Positions 27,287-39,150 of a DNA stretch of 64,000 nt are shown here, piece by piece. The position numbers and the translations under genes were made by a program. Each line of letters starts with the position of its first letter. Position 1 is the stretch's first letter. The notes under the pieces were generated by a model, which saw only the letters and a program-made list of their open reading frames with translations, was not told where the DNA came from and ran no database searches. The stretch spans positions 12,416,359-12,480,358 of the forward strand of contig OZ316893.1 in assembly GCA_973895155.1 (NCBI GenBank). The letters run 5' to 3'. This stretch comes from Marsupella aquatica. Its lineage: Eukaryota > Plantae > Marchantiophyta.

Positions 27287-29774
27287 TCACAGATATGTCA
27301 TGACCTTAATCTTCGGTACAAGAACTCGTAAAAATCCATCTCTGTGAATAACAAGATCGCTTTCAGTCAGTGAGACGGCCTTTTGAGCTTGTATTGCACC
27401 AGATTACTTTTGAGTAAGAGAAACCATATATCACAGAATCAAATTCAATACAGAGCTGCATATAAATGGATAAAGACGTTACATGAATTCTGCAGTGATG
27501 CCGTTGATATAACCATTCTTTGGGAGGCGCCACACAGCCCTGTATGGACCTTGAGCCAACTCACGGCGATGATAGACTGTACCATTGCCATTATTGTTTG
27601 CTTTCCACCAATCAGTTGCTCTACTCCCTGTGACAATCAAGCTGCACATGGCCACGAGCGTGCTTGACAACAATGGACACTGACAGAGGGACTGAGGCAA
27701 TCTTTAAAACCATTTTACAAGAATCGAGTGCAGGAAGAGCTATCCGATCCCCTGGGTGGGCTGGCTCACAAGAGAAGTGCAGTAGGAGCTTTTCCAAGAG
27801 GTCTGAATTCAAGTTAAAAAGATGGAAGTGAATGTACGTAAGAGACCTGCACGTCACCGTATTATCACAGAGAAATTTAAAATGAAAAAAGTCAAAACAT
27901 CCGCGTACCTGCCCCGTACAACTTCCACATGAATGCCATCAGCACTCACACCTGGCAACTCAACTGTGATGACATAGGCTGTGCCGGACTCGACTACGTC
28001 CATGCGAGGAAACCATTCAAACCCTACCACACAAGCCAGTTTCATATCAGCACTCCTCAGTCTTACTGAAAAACTGCTCTGGTATCGGATGAAGGTATCC
28101 AAATGATCTGGTCAAGAAACCGTTCAAGGAACAACAACAGATTCAGACCGAGATTTTCAATTGGCCATACTTCTAGGACACACCATATTGCCAAATATTT
28201 GGTTAGGAATTTGTTTGCTGAGTATAGGCATTTTCCACTGTTGCTTCCAAAGCCTTCCATGTTTGTGGAAATGTTCCTTGCTTACAAGAATCAACCCGCA
28301 GGAAACCCATTCGTGCAATGACTGCAGAATGAGTGAAACAAAGATTGTCAAATTTTAAATATTGTTACCTATAGCTTCTCCCAATGAATTCCTCGCATTC
28401 TCTGTAAAAAATCCCTCAGCCACAGTTACAGCTTAGTATTTCTAGTCGCTTGCCCCCCTTGGGGCTTGTAAATTTGATTCTATTCCATTCTATCCAGTTC
28501 AGTTGAGTGAGTTCTTTTCAATCGCATGTAATAGAATTCTTCCAGTGGAGACATAAAATCATAATTCCCTCAACCAACGTATGCTGCAAATATAAGAGAC
28601 AGTTCTTACCAAAAGAGTCAAAGCGCGTTTGATCTTTGGCAGTTGGTGTTGGTGAAACTTCCTCTTTTCGATCTGCTGCAGGAGGTTGAGCAGATTCTGT
28701 TCCTTCACTGTTCCTGCTCCCTCGCGAATTTGACTCACGCTCTTGATATGGTGCTGGCATTTCAGGTTCTGGATTCTGAGCAGGAACACTAGTCACCAGA
28801 TTTTCAATCGGATCAGTCTGAAGCGCAGGTCTCGCAAACAAAGGCTCGATTGTTGCAAAACTGGGTCCCGGAGCATGATCTGAAGCTCCTTTTATATTTC
28901 TATCCACAGAGGGGCTCCCACATTTACCGATACCATCAGGTCTCAGCCCTGATGCAGTAGTTTTGAGACCAGCATCCACCTCGGCTTCACCACGTCGAAC
29001 ATCCTGCATTCCAGAAAAGTGGGGGTCAGCAGACAGTCCTGTCAAGACCCATCGGTCTGCCTTTCTAACAATCTCTGTCGAAACCAACTTTCGTTGCAAA
29101 AGACAATTCACATCTACACAATTAACTGATGGCTTGGCCATCCGAGTCACTTCACCTGCTTCAGTGACGCTTGCCGCATGAATTGTCCGTGGCTGTCACT
29201 GGATTGCCGAGCGAAAAGTGTCCGATTGTCTCTTCTTTGAAAACCGTCCCAACCTCCTCCAGCATTACATGCCTGGAACAGACAAAGCAGGCATGAATAT
29301 CACCTGGCTTACTTACTGAAAAGAACAAGGTAAGAAAGCAACTTTATCAAGGTCATCACGGTCCTACGACTCTAATGCCCCCCTACTCTGGCCTGGTTTG
29401 TAGTTCAGTTGCTGAAACCCCCAACGCAATTTCCCCAAGAAGAAAAGAAAACGTGCGTGTAAAGCCCGCGGAATGAGGGTGCCCTCTATCTACACGATGG
29501 CCCAACCAATAGACGCGAAAACTCTTCGGGCTACGCTAGTTCTCCACTCAGGCAGCGATATGTCGAATTAGGGTTGATCGAGGACACGGTTTCGGAAATT
29601 GATGTTAAGAGAGGAAGAACATGACAAACTCACCAGTGCAGAGAGTGAACGTGAGGAGGGTGCGTCACGAGGGGCGAGCCGCCATTTGTGGTCCTCCAGC
29701 TGCTGAATTATCGGTCCCACATGACAAGCCAGATGATACAAACGCCTCCTCGCCCGATTGTTGGCCTCCTCCAT
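27287..29774 (-). CDS. Alpha-crystallin-domain (HSP20-like) protein, homologue of peroxisomal Arabidopsis ACD31.2/ACD32.1; multi-exon
   Basis: N-terminus MEEANNRARRRLYHLACHV..SLSCSSSLN (PTS2-like RLx5H). ACD exons EWFPRMDVVESGTAYVITVELPGV, LIVTGSR..YHRRELAQGPYRAVWRLPKN..AEF, and last exon 27287-27341 DGFLRVLVPKIKVMTYL*. Confidence 0.85.
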
Positions 29775-29983
29775 TCGAATCCGACCAAATGCACGACCTA
29801 GTTTCACCAATTCCGACCAAATCTACCACTCCAATTTGGCAGCTCTCGTACGCAACAGTAGCTGTCTGGACAACTGCAGCAAAGGGCAAATTTCGTAACG
29901 CAGGGAGAAGAACAACCAGCCGTGCCGTGCCGGGCGGCGAAGAACTGATTCCCAAGAGCTAGACTCGCAAATCAACTCGAATC

Positions 29984-30035
29984 CAATTCAATCCAATCCA
30001 ATTCAATTCAATTCAATTCAATTCAATTCAATTCA
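29984..30035. repeat. (AATTC)n microsatellite upstream of the ACD gene
   Basis: caattcaatccaatccaattcaattcaattcaattcaattcaattcaattca. Confidence 0.9.
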
Positions 30036-30394
30036 CTCAACCAGGCATCTACGCTAGCAAACGGATCGATGGAAGCGGGAAGAGGACACAGGAGAGGACA
30101 CAGCAAGCGGTATCGCACAGCAAAGCCAAGATCACAATTCTCTGCGATGGTGTGTGAGTGGGCAACGCATGAATCATCCAGAGTTTTCCATTCAGGACTA
30201 GTACATACATGCGATTTTGTTGCTAGATCATTTTGCTGTGCTGACTCTCCAATCCACACTGCATTGTCGGTCTAATAGTGCAGGTCGGGCTGGTGCTGGG
30301 CTTCATCGTCGAGAATAAGGTGGCCCGCATTCTAAGGATTAGGTTCCATCGTGACCATCCCCTGCCCTCGCACCTGGTAGTGTGTCACAATCGT

Positions 30395-31530
30395 GCTCTT
30401 CGCGATTTTTCTCTTTGCCATGGTTTTTCTTTGCAATTTCGAGGGCATTTATGGAAACGGATGCTGAATGCTCTTCGCGATTCTTCTCGTTGCCCATTTT
30501 TCTTCTTTGTATTTTTGTGCGCATTTGTGTAAAGTGTGATTTACTACATTGCCACCATTTTTTTTATCCTTCTATTTATGAAATTGGCACTATTTTTGTC
30601 CGTGGGTAAAAAACAAACAAACCCAGTTTAGCTCCTCGGCATCTAACGGTCATCTGTGTTCCCCCTGTCAAGATTTGATGGCGTCGGATTTCCTCACTCT
30701 ATTCGATTTCCTCACTCTATTCTTTGACCACGCCCAGGTCAACTGGCCCAAAAGGGGGGTCGCCTGCCCGCACTGCTCCCCTTCTCGGCCTTGCCCTACA
30801 GCCCGATGCAGTCGTCATGACCCACCTTTGGGCCAACTGACCCGAGGGTGCTCAAAGACGAGACTGAGTGAATCTGACACCATCAGATCTTGGCAGGGGG
30901 AACACAGACAACGGTTGCTTGCTGAGGAGATAACCTGGGTTACTTTTCTTGACCCACAGACAAAAATTAGTGGCAATTTAATAAAAAAATTGGTGGCAAT
31001 GTATGTATTATGCAACAAAAAGATATCAATGTAATACATCTGAGTTTAGGGAAAGGAATGCTTAATGCTCTGCACTATTTTTTTTTGCACCATTTGTCTC
31101 TTTGTAATTTGGAGGGCATTTGTGGAGAGATGTTCTTCTCTATTTTCTCCTTGCCATTTTTCTCTTTGTGATTTTGAGAGCATATATGGAAACCAGTGCT
31201 TAATGCTCTTTGCCATTTCTCTTTGTAATTTTGTGCGCATTTATGGAAAAGAATGCTTAAGGCTCTTTGCTATTTTCTCTTTGCAGTTGGGAGGGCATTT
31301 ATGGAGAACAATACTTGATGCTCTTGACTATTTTTCTCTTTGCCATTTTTCTCTTTGTAATTTTGAGAGCATTTATGGAAAAGAATACTTGATGCTCTTT
31401 GCAATTGTCCTCTTTGCCATTTGTCTCTTTGTAATTTGAGGGCAGACATGGTAAATAATGCTTAATACTCTGCCATTTATCTCTTTACCAAGTTTTCTTT
31501 GTGATTTTGACTGCATTTATGGAGAAGAAT
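30395..31530. repeat. Degenerate ~60-bp repeat array interrupted by a foldback element
   Basis: Units CTCTTTGCCATTTTTCTCTTTGTAATTTTGAGAGCATTTATGGAAAAGAATGCTTAATG at 30395-30530 and 31050-31530. Confidence 0.8.
30545..31003. mobile_element. MITE/foldback element with ~200-bp imperfect inverted arms
   Basis: TACATTGCCACCA pairs with TGGTGGCAATGTA; TCTGTGTTCCCCCTGTCAAGATTTGATGGCGTC with GACACCATCAGATCTTGGCAGGGGGAACACAGA; GGTCAACTGGCCCAAAAGG with CCTTTGGGCCAACTGACC. Confidence 0.85.
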
Positions 31531-32468
31531 GATGAAGGGCCAAGATTTAGATGGCTCATTCTGGAATTTCTCTTGTACTTTCTGTTTTTCCAAGCGGCAC
31601 CCCCAACTTCAGTTATGCCCTAGAGTCATGGTTAGAGGTTTCGCCCCGGATCATAGACCCTTAATAGTAGCTTTCAATCAGACTCACCCTGCCCCCATTC
31701 TCCATTTTCCACACACACCCCCAACTTAAGTTACACCCCAAGAGTCACAATGTGGAGGCTTTGGAGTACTTGAAGAGTAGCTTTTGACAACAATTACAGA
31801 GTTAGATTAACATCTTGTCACCTGAGCCTTATGGACAACTTAGCACTCAAAACTTGAGCTAAAGCCTATAAGCACTACTGCCCTCAATGCCAGTGAACAA
31901 AATGTCACTATATACAAAATTATTGACAAATGCTGCACCTTCTGCAATTTATTCTCTTTTAGATTCATGATTTGTAAAGTTGAATATCCACTATGTTAGG
32001 AATTGACTCTATGTTCTTAACTCTAGTGAGTTTTGTCTCACTAGGGTCAGTTAACTCTTGATTAATTAGGAATAAAGTCCACTTATTTAGGCTCACACAT
32101 CTTGGCCCCCTTGGGGGGTATAGGTGGGAGGAAGAATATTTTCTTCCTCATTCTTCACATGTGTATTATCTCATGTTATGGATTGTTCAAAAGTTCTTCC
32201 ATCATGGTGTCTTGACTCTCATATTCCGTTTATGTGTTGTTTAATCTGGACCCGTCCAATTTCTTGCACAACATATATACAATTACCTCTCTCCAAGTGC
32301 ACAACCTATAAGTGCAAACATGGATAAGTACATGTCGTGCGCATACACATCGCTACACAACATACATCGCTTGTCACATACATCCAAACATAGTCACACT
32401 GCCACATCACAAACACAAGAGAATGGAATACAAGTGGAACTCATGTCCACACATGTCCAAAACCCACA

Positions 32469-32480
32469 ATCGCCCCCCTA
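32469..32480 (-). other. Putative polypurine tract preceding the 3' LTR
   Basis: Minus strand TAGGGGGGCGAT followed directly by TGTGGG..., ~170 bp after the pol stop. Confidence 0.55.
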
Positions 32481-32643
32481 GCTGGGAGTAAGGTCCCCTA
32501 ACTCTAGCTAGCCATGAGTTCTACAAGGTTGATATACACCTTTTTAGGTGTGAAGATCAGGAGGCCAAGTGCAAGTGGGCCCCATCGATCACCTACCTGC
32601 AATCCATATCTGCCAAGAGAACACAAATGATAACTAGTCGGTT

Positions 32644-32790
32644 TCACCGACACTGAGGACACAACCATGATCCACTAGGAATCACCTACAATGGTGGTGT
32701 CAAACATGACATGTGCCATCCTCTAGAACACTTATCACAAATTAATATAGTAGCTGCTCCCTGAGAAGATCCACACAACATACATTTCAA
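32644..32790 (-). other. PHD finger at the integrase C-terminus
   Basis: CMLC-GSSQGAATILI-CDKC-SRGW-H-MS-C-LTPPL*VIPSGSW-L-CPQC matches Cys4-His-Cys3 with the conserved Trp. Confidence 0.9.
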
Positions 32791-35700
32791 GCCAGCACGA
32801 ACATGTGCCAAGCTTGGATCTACTGTACCATCAATGTTGGGAAGGTGACATGGTGCATAGTTGCGCACATGATCCTTCCAAACCATACCATCGCGTCCCT
32901 CCAACATCAGGACACCAGAAGGCAACACTTCACGCACACGTAAGATTGTCCGGCCTGCGGTCACATCAAGTGTCGTGGGTACTGTCTGCTGCAAATAAAC
33001 ATAATCACCAGGATGAAATCGTCGAATGCTTGCACGATAACCTCCTCCACGAATAGTGGCATACCTCAAAGTATCATGATGTTGGGCAATGGCAAGGTTG
33101 TCAAAAGCCATGGGCATCACTCTCTGAAATACCCGTGCTCTCTCTGAACACACCTTGACCCAAACATCAGGATCATCCAAGTTCACAACTGGTGTAGCAT
33201 CACGACGAATAGCTGCTGGCAAATCTGGCTCTCTACCATAGAGCAAAAAGTAAGGTGAAAAAGATGCAAGTGATGCTTGCCGACTGAAACGGTAGCCCAT
33301 AGCTAACCAAGGTAGCTGGAGATCCCAATCTCCCAGATGACCAACCTGCAAGCCATACTTACGCAATCCTCTCTTCACAGTTTGCACAACTCTCTCAGGT
33401 AATCCATCTGCCTCAGGATGATCACGAGAGGTAGTACGATGATCAATCAGAGCTTGTTCACACAAACTCTCAAACTCTCCACGGAACTCAGTTCCCTGAT
33501 CAATCAACACCTCAACTGGTGCTCCAAAATGACTGAGTACACGATCCAAAAATGTAGCAGCAACTCCTCCACTGGCTTTATCTGGCAACACCACTAGCTC
33601 AATCCACTTGGAGAAGTGCTCCACCATGACCAAAACATACCAATTATGACATTGGGTAAGAGGTAATGGACCAGCAAAATCCAAACTCCAACGATATCCC
33701 AAACCCATGATCGGCAACGGGTGCAACTGGGGAGTGGGAGCATTAAATGATGCTCTCACTCTATCACATACCACACACTTAGCTATCAATTGCTGGACAT
33801 GAGTGTGCATACCACGCCACCAATACTGTATCTGCAGCAAGCTATAAGTGCGCTTCACACCAAAGTGACCCAACTCCTCATGTGCATGTCGCACCAAATG
33901 TACTCGTTGTGATGGTTTTGGTACCACCAACACCCTACCATCATGCAGTACTCTTAAAAGATGGTTTCCCTCCTATCGAAACCTCTTGGCTCTCTGTAGA
34001 ACCCTGTCACATTCTTTGGCATCAACACTGCCAACAATAGAACCACTGCGCAGATATTCCAACACTCTCACATCATTGTGAATATCTTGTTGTCCAAAAG
34101 TTACCTCACCAACATCCACATCTGAAGACTCATCATCCACTCCATCCAATGAGGTAGAGTCCACAGATCCACTGTATGCTGGCACCCAACAAAAAAAGGC
34201 AGATGCATGCCATCCTGACACCATCTCCTTATCTGACTCATCATGCCATCTGGCTCCAGTCTCATCCTGCTGACTGGTACATGGATTGCGGCTTAATCCA
34301 TCTGCATTCAAGTTCACTTTTCCAGGCCTACGCACCACCTGGAAATCATACTCCTGTAACAACAATGCCCATCGTGCAAGCTTCCCTGTAAGCTTGTCAG
34401 ACTCCATTAACCACTTAAGAGGCTGATGATCAGTGATCAAGGTGAAGGGGTTACCAAAAAAGTAGCAACGAAAGTGTGCAACAACCCACACTGCTGCCAA
34501 ACACTCTCCCTCATAAGAGCTATACTTAGCCTCTGTTGAATTGTTTGATCTACTGGCATAAGCCACAACAAACTCATTCCCCTCATCATCCTTCTGAGTC
34601 AGCACTGCTCCAAGTCCTACTCCACTCCAATCAGTGTGTAACTGAAATGGTCTGCCTGAAATGGGTCTTCTCAAAATAGGGGATGATGCCAACCTTTGCT
34701 TCAACTCCTGAAAGGCATGCTCCTGGTCATCACCCCAAATCCATTCTTGATCCAACTTAGTGAGTATGGTCAAAGGTTTAGCAAGCTGGCTAAATCCTTT
34801 AACATACCTCCTGTAGTAGCTCGCCAATCCCAAGAATGCACAAACTCTACTCACATCAGTAGGGCAAGGAATCTGGGTAATGGCCTCCACTTTAGTCTGC
34901 TGTACACCCAATCTCCCTAGGTGTATAGTGTGGCCCAAATACTCAATTTGGTCTTGAAAGAACTTACACTTGCTAGGATGGAGCTTCAACCCATGTGCTC
35001 TCAATCTCTCCAACACAATCTGCAAGTGCTGTTAATGTTCTTCCACAGTAGAAGAGTAGACCAAAATATCATCAATATAACATCTGACAAAATCCAAACC
35101 TGCAAGGATTCGATCCATGACTCTCTGGAACTCAACTGGTGCATTCTTCAACCTAAATGGTAAGAATAACCACTGATACAAACGATCTTTGCCATAAGAA
35201 TCAATCCCCCAGAATGTTGTCTTGGACCTGTCAGCATGCCTAATTGGAAGCTGATGGTACCCTGCCCTCAGATCCAATGAACTTAAAACCTTTGCATGCC
35301 CCACAGCATCAAAGATTTCCTCAGGTGTGGGCATGGCATATCTATCAGATTTTGTCTGGCGATTAATGGGTCTGTAATCACCACACATGCGCCTATCTGT
35401 GTAATTGCCATGCACATCCTTCTTGGCTGGCATCACTGTGGCACATGCATACTCCCCATATGAAATCTCCACCAATCTAGCCTCCAACAAATCTTGAGTT
35501 CTACTTTGAATCAGAGCTCTCTCCATGTCACTATAACAGTATGGCCTATGAAAGATTGGCGCATCACTAGCCAATTCAATCTGAATACCAGGACCCTTTA
35601 ATGTCCCCAAATTCTTCATGCTAAATGCAAAACAATTCCAGTAACTCTTCAGGAATCGATGCATGCGACGTCTCTCCTCCCCTGTCAACTTAGGGCCAAG

Positions 35701-35979
35701 CTGTGGTTCCCAACTCTCCACCAAATCCCTAATATCTCTTTGTAGGGTAGAAGAGATAGCCAATGATTGCTATTTAGCAGTAGATTGAGCAGTCCCTTCC
35801 TGCTCAACAATCTGTCCAGCCTTGGCCAATCCTGCCATAGGTCCATGGACTATCTGCTCGACCCCAGCTGTGGTCAGTACTGTCTCAGTGGACCGCAAGC
35901 TCACCAAGGGACAATCAGTAATTCCAGTAGAGCGCATCCGCAACTGTTCAGCTACTCCCAAGCTGATAATCCAAGTCAA

Positions 35980-36910
35980 ACAATTCAGGTCCATTGCTTG
36001 ACCAAGAACCTGGCGCCGCAACCCCTCTGACACAGAGGCAACTGCAGTGGTGCTAGTCAAAAATCCTATAGCACGCTCTCTCTCATCAGCAGTAGGTTCC
36101 ACTAATTGTTGGAGAGCTGTGTCCCACACAAGTCCAGGGCCACCTGCTCTGAATGCATATGAAGTAGAGCGGCTTACAAGAGTGGGTAATGCACAACGTG
36201 GGCGCCCAACTACATTGACCATTGCCAATGGAGGTCTATCAGGTTGGGCCACACCCTGTGCACGATGCCCTGGATCCAAAATATCATCCACCACTAAGGC
36301 GGGTGAGCGTGGAATGCTGTCAAATGCACGCTTCAGCACCTCACATGGGATCAAATTAGTCCACCACAAGCGTGGACGATGTGCACAAGAACCCACACGT
36401 GCAGCATCCAATAACACAGCAGGTCCAATCCAAGACCTCACTTGGTGAAAACTAGCAACAATCCGACTATGATCATCACCGAACAATGGCACATTCTCCA
36501 AAATGTATGTTGGAGACTGTGTCTGATGTAACTGGAGATGATGCAGCACCCGTAACATCTCCCAAAACAATGCAGAGCGTGGATCATAAAGTCCATGCCC
36601 AACGCCAGCTCTAGATTGGCCCTGACATGGCCAACCAGCAATCACCAAATCAATGGGGCCAACATGATGCAGATGATCCGCCCCCAACAATAAAATATCA
36701 GCAGGTAGTGCATGCTGATAACCACGAACAACATCCACTGGTAGCAACTGTGGATATCTATCCACCAACATAGTCACATGTCGCAATGAGACCCTCCATG
36801 CTGTCTCATCTGTCTCCACATACAAATAACGACGAACAAGAATTCCTGCCTGAAGAACAGCAGCCAATCCAGTGCTAATCCCACCAAAAAGATCCAACAA
36901 AAAAATACCC
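35980..36910 (-). other. C5 cytosine methyltransferase domain (DNMT3-like) within pol
   Basis: Motif I LLDLFGGI (~36880-36900), II YVETD, IV IDLVIAGWPCQ (~36625), VI ILENV (~36495), VIII AHRPRLWWTNL (~36370), IX ERERAIGF, X RRQVLGQAM (~36000). Confidence 0.92.
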
Positions 36911-39150
36911 TCCGGTGGATATTGCCAAGCAATAGGAGTGGTATCCAATGGTGAAAGAGTCACAGGTCCATCTGCAAGAGACTGCTCTGCTCCTGACTGT
37001 GGTGTAAAAGCATGACGCCATGCATCATGTACCAATCGTGCTGTTGCCTGTGACAAGGCCTGTGCACTGCCCCACACTGGTGGCACAACACTGCCAACAG
37101 GTAATCCTCGCATGATGTGCTCCTCATGAGACTCCTCCAATGGTGGAACATCTGCTGCATGCACATTACCCTCAAGCAAATCATCAGGTCCAGCAATTAC
37201 ACCACTGAATGCTACCAAAGACAATGGTGTGGATTTAGGGCCTCCCCAAGGTCCACTAAATCTCACTGGCAATTTGCTCAATCGAGCATCTCCTGACTGC
37301 CAATCAGGTCTATATGACACTGATTCCTCCCAAAAATCAAGAATAAATCCCATGGGGTAGAGCACTGTACATCCTACCAACACATCATATGACTCTGCCT
37401 TAGTCAGAATAGCTCGCGCCTGTATATGTGAGCTATCTGTGGTATGACCTTCCTGAATCCTCAAATCAAGAGGTCTCCTGGTAATGTGCTGTGTAGGTGT
37501 AGGTCCCCCCAATGAAGTCTGAATGGGAAAGGGACAATCCTCCAAATCCTCTGGACGCAATCCCAATCCACGTATGACAGACTTTCCCAACATCAAGGGT
37601 TGAGCACCAGTATCAAGTAACACCCTCTCTGGCTGGTACACTGCTCCAGAAGGCCCAACTAATCGAAAGATATCACTCCGATTATCCAATGATACAACAT
37701 TAGGTTTAAACCTAGTCCTCTCAAATGCAGGGCGTGCTGGTAAATCCACCAATCTTGCTGCTGTTGCATGCCATGTCTCACTAGTAGTAGTAGGTGGCAT
37801 GGTCTTCACTGCTTCAAGACTGCAAGTTGCTTCTGCATGGGAAGCAACCACTGGAGTGTGCTCACAGAGTGTAGCTGCCAATCTGAACACTTCTGCAGGA
37901 CCAACTCCCAAGTTCAGCATGTCTGTCGCTGAAAATAATGGGGTGCGTACCATGGCAGTAGCCGCCCCTAGCAGGGTACCTGTCATCCCTACTGCATCAC
38001 TACCTGATTCTGCCAACTTACCCACGCCAGGGTTTGTTCGAATCGGGTTCATAGAGGCAGTCTGAACTGTCTCTGACAATGTAAAAGACTGAGGAAGCTT
38101 TGTCTGTCGACGTGCATCCCCCCTCTGTGGATCTAACTCCACTACTGCTCCTCGGGGCTCAAGAGCTTTGGCTGCCCCACGTGTCAAAGCTGCTGATGCA
38201 TCAATATGTGCAGTGCCACACATGAATCCCATGGGGGCAAGGTCTCCATCAGCTCCATAAGATGTGGAAGGACCATGGGATGTGGAAGGTCCATAGGATG
38301 TAGATGCCCCATCACCAGAATTAGGTCTCACCTGGGAACTAGCCATGGCAACTAGTTGTTGCTCCAATTGAGCAATCTTAGCATCCTTTGGATCTATGGT
38401 TACAGCAGGGGCAGCGTCACCTCCTTGTCTCCCTGCATGTGGCATGCCACGACCACGTCCATTACCTCTACCTCCTCCTCCTCCTCTTCCCTGATCATGT
38501 GTACGGGATCCTCCTCTCCGTAACTCAGGGTGGAGTGAGAAACACCTATCTTTGGTGTGTCCAGGAGCTCCACAGTGATCACACTGTTGCTGATCAGGCG
38601 CTAATGCTCCCCCTGATCCTCTATGATCTGGGCAATATCTCTGTGCATGATCCCCACCACAGGTCCAACATCCTGACTGCTGTCCAGCATAAGAGGGCAC
38701 AGGTCTCTGGCTAGTAGACTCTCGTGCAGTAGGCTTCTCCCTCTGGCTCTTTCGTGCAGTAGGCTGTGGTGTGGATGTAGATGCAGCCTTTGGTGCTTCC
38801 TTGGCAAATCCGGAAGTCACCACCTTCTCATTCACCATATTGAGCTCAATGCGCTCAAAAAGGGTAAAAACAACTGCTAATGTGGGATCTGCATCCCTAA
38901 GCAGAGTGACATCTCTCACTCTGCGTCGCAATTCTCTATCCAGAATTGCATACCAAAACTGGACTGCCTGAGCCTATGTCACTCCCTTGGTGACAGTGAT
39001 CAATCTGCGCATACGAGTGTATGCCTCACGTAGACTCTCTCTAGTCTTGCGCTGGAACTCCTGGAGACCCTTCAACTTATCAATTCTCACACCTTGATAG
39101 TTCTGCTTTAGTACCTCAAAGAATTCCACCACAGGGTTAAATGCTGGCAA

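Larger units (their letters stand above)
32100..39150 (-). mobile_element. Ty3/gypsy LTR retrotransposon carrying a C5-DNA methyltransferase and a PHD finger; 5'-truncated at ~39150
   Basis: Gag CCHC knuckles, protease LLDTGA, RT (RMCGDYRPIN, LDLRAGYHQ, YIDD), RNase H (LHTDWS, TDHQPL) and integrase (HHCC, DFAGP, DQGTEF, E) in gypsy order. PPT and a TG-starting 3' LTR at 32468; the left LTR boundary is approximate. Confidence 0.9.
32644..39150 (-). pseudogene. gag-pol polyprotein Gag-PR-DNMT-RT-RH-INT-PHD in one frame with five internal stops
   Basis: ORFs 35770-38931, 35032-35763, 33973-35025 and 32686-33933 share one frame. Reading through the stops at 38974, 35770, 35032, 33973 and 32686 gives a continuous protein from ..PAFNPVVEFFEVLKQNYQG..RESLREAYTRM to ..WLCPQCR*. 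Confidence 0.9.

Noticed and set aside
35032-35772. Programmed stop read-through between DNMT and RT
   Set aside because: Similar stops fall inside RT, PHD and gag, so mutational decay is the simpler explanation.
35770-38931. Methyltransferase as a bacterial contaminant, restriction-modification gene or host DNMT3 gene
   Set aside because: It is in frame with Gag, protease and RT, intronless, and flanked by spliced plant genes.
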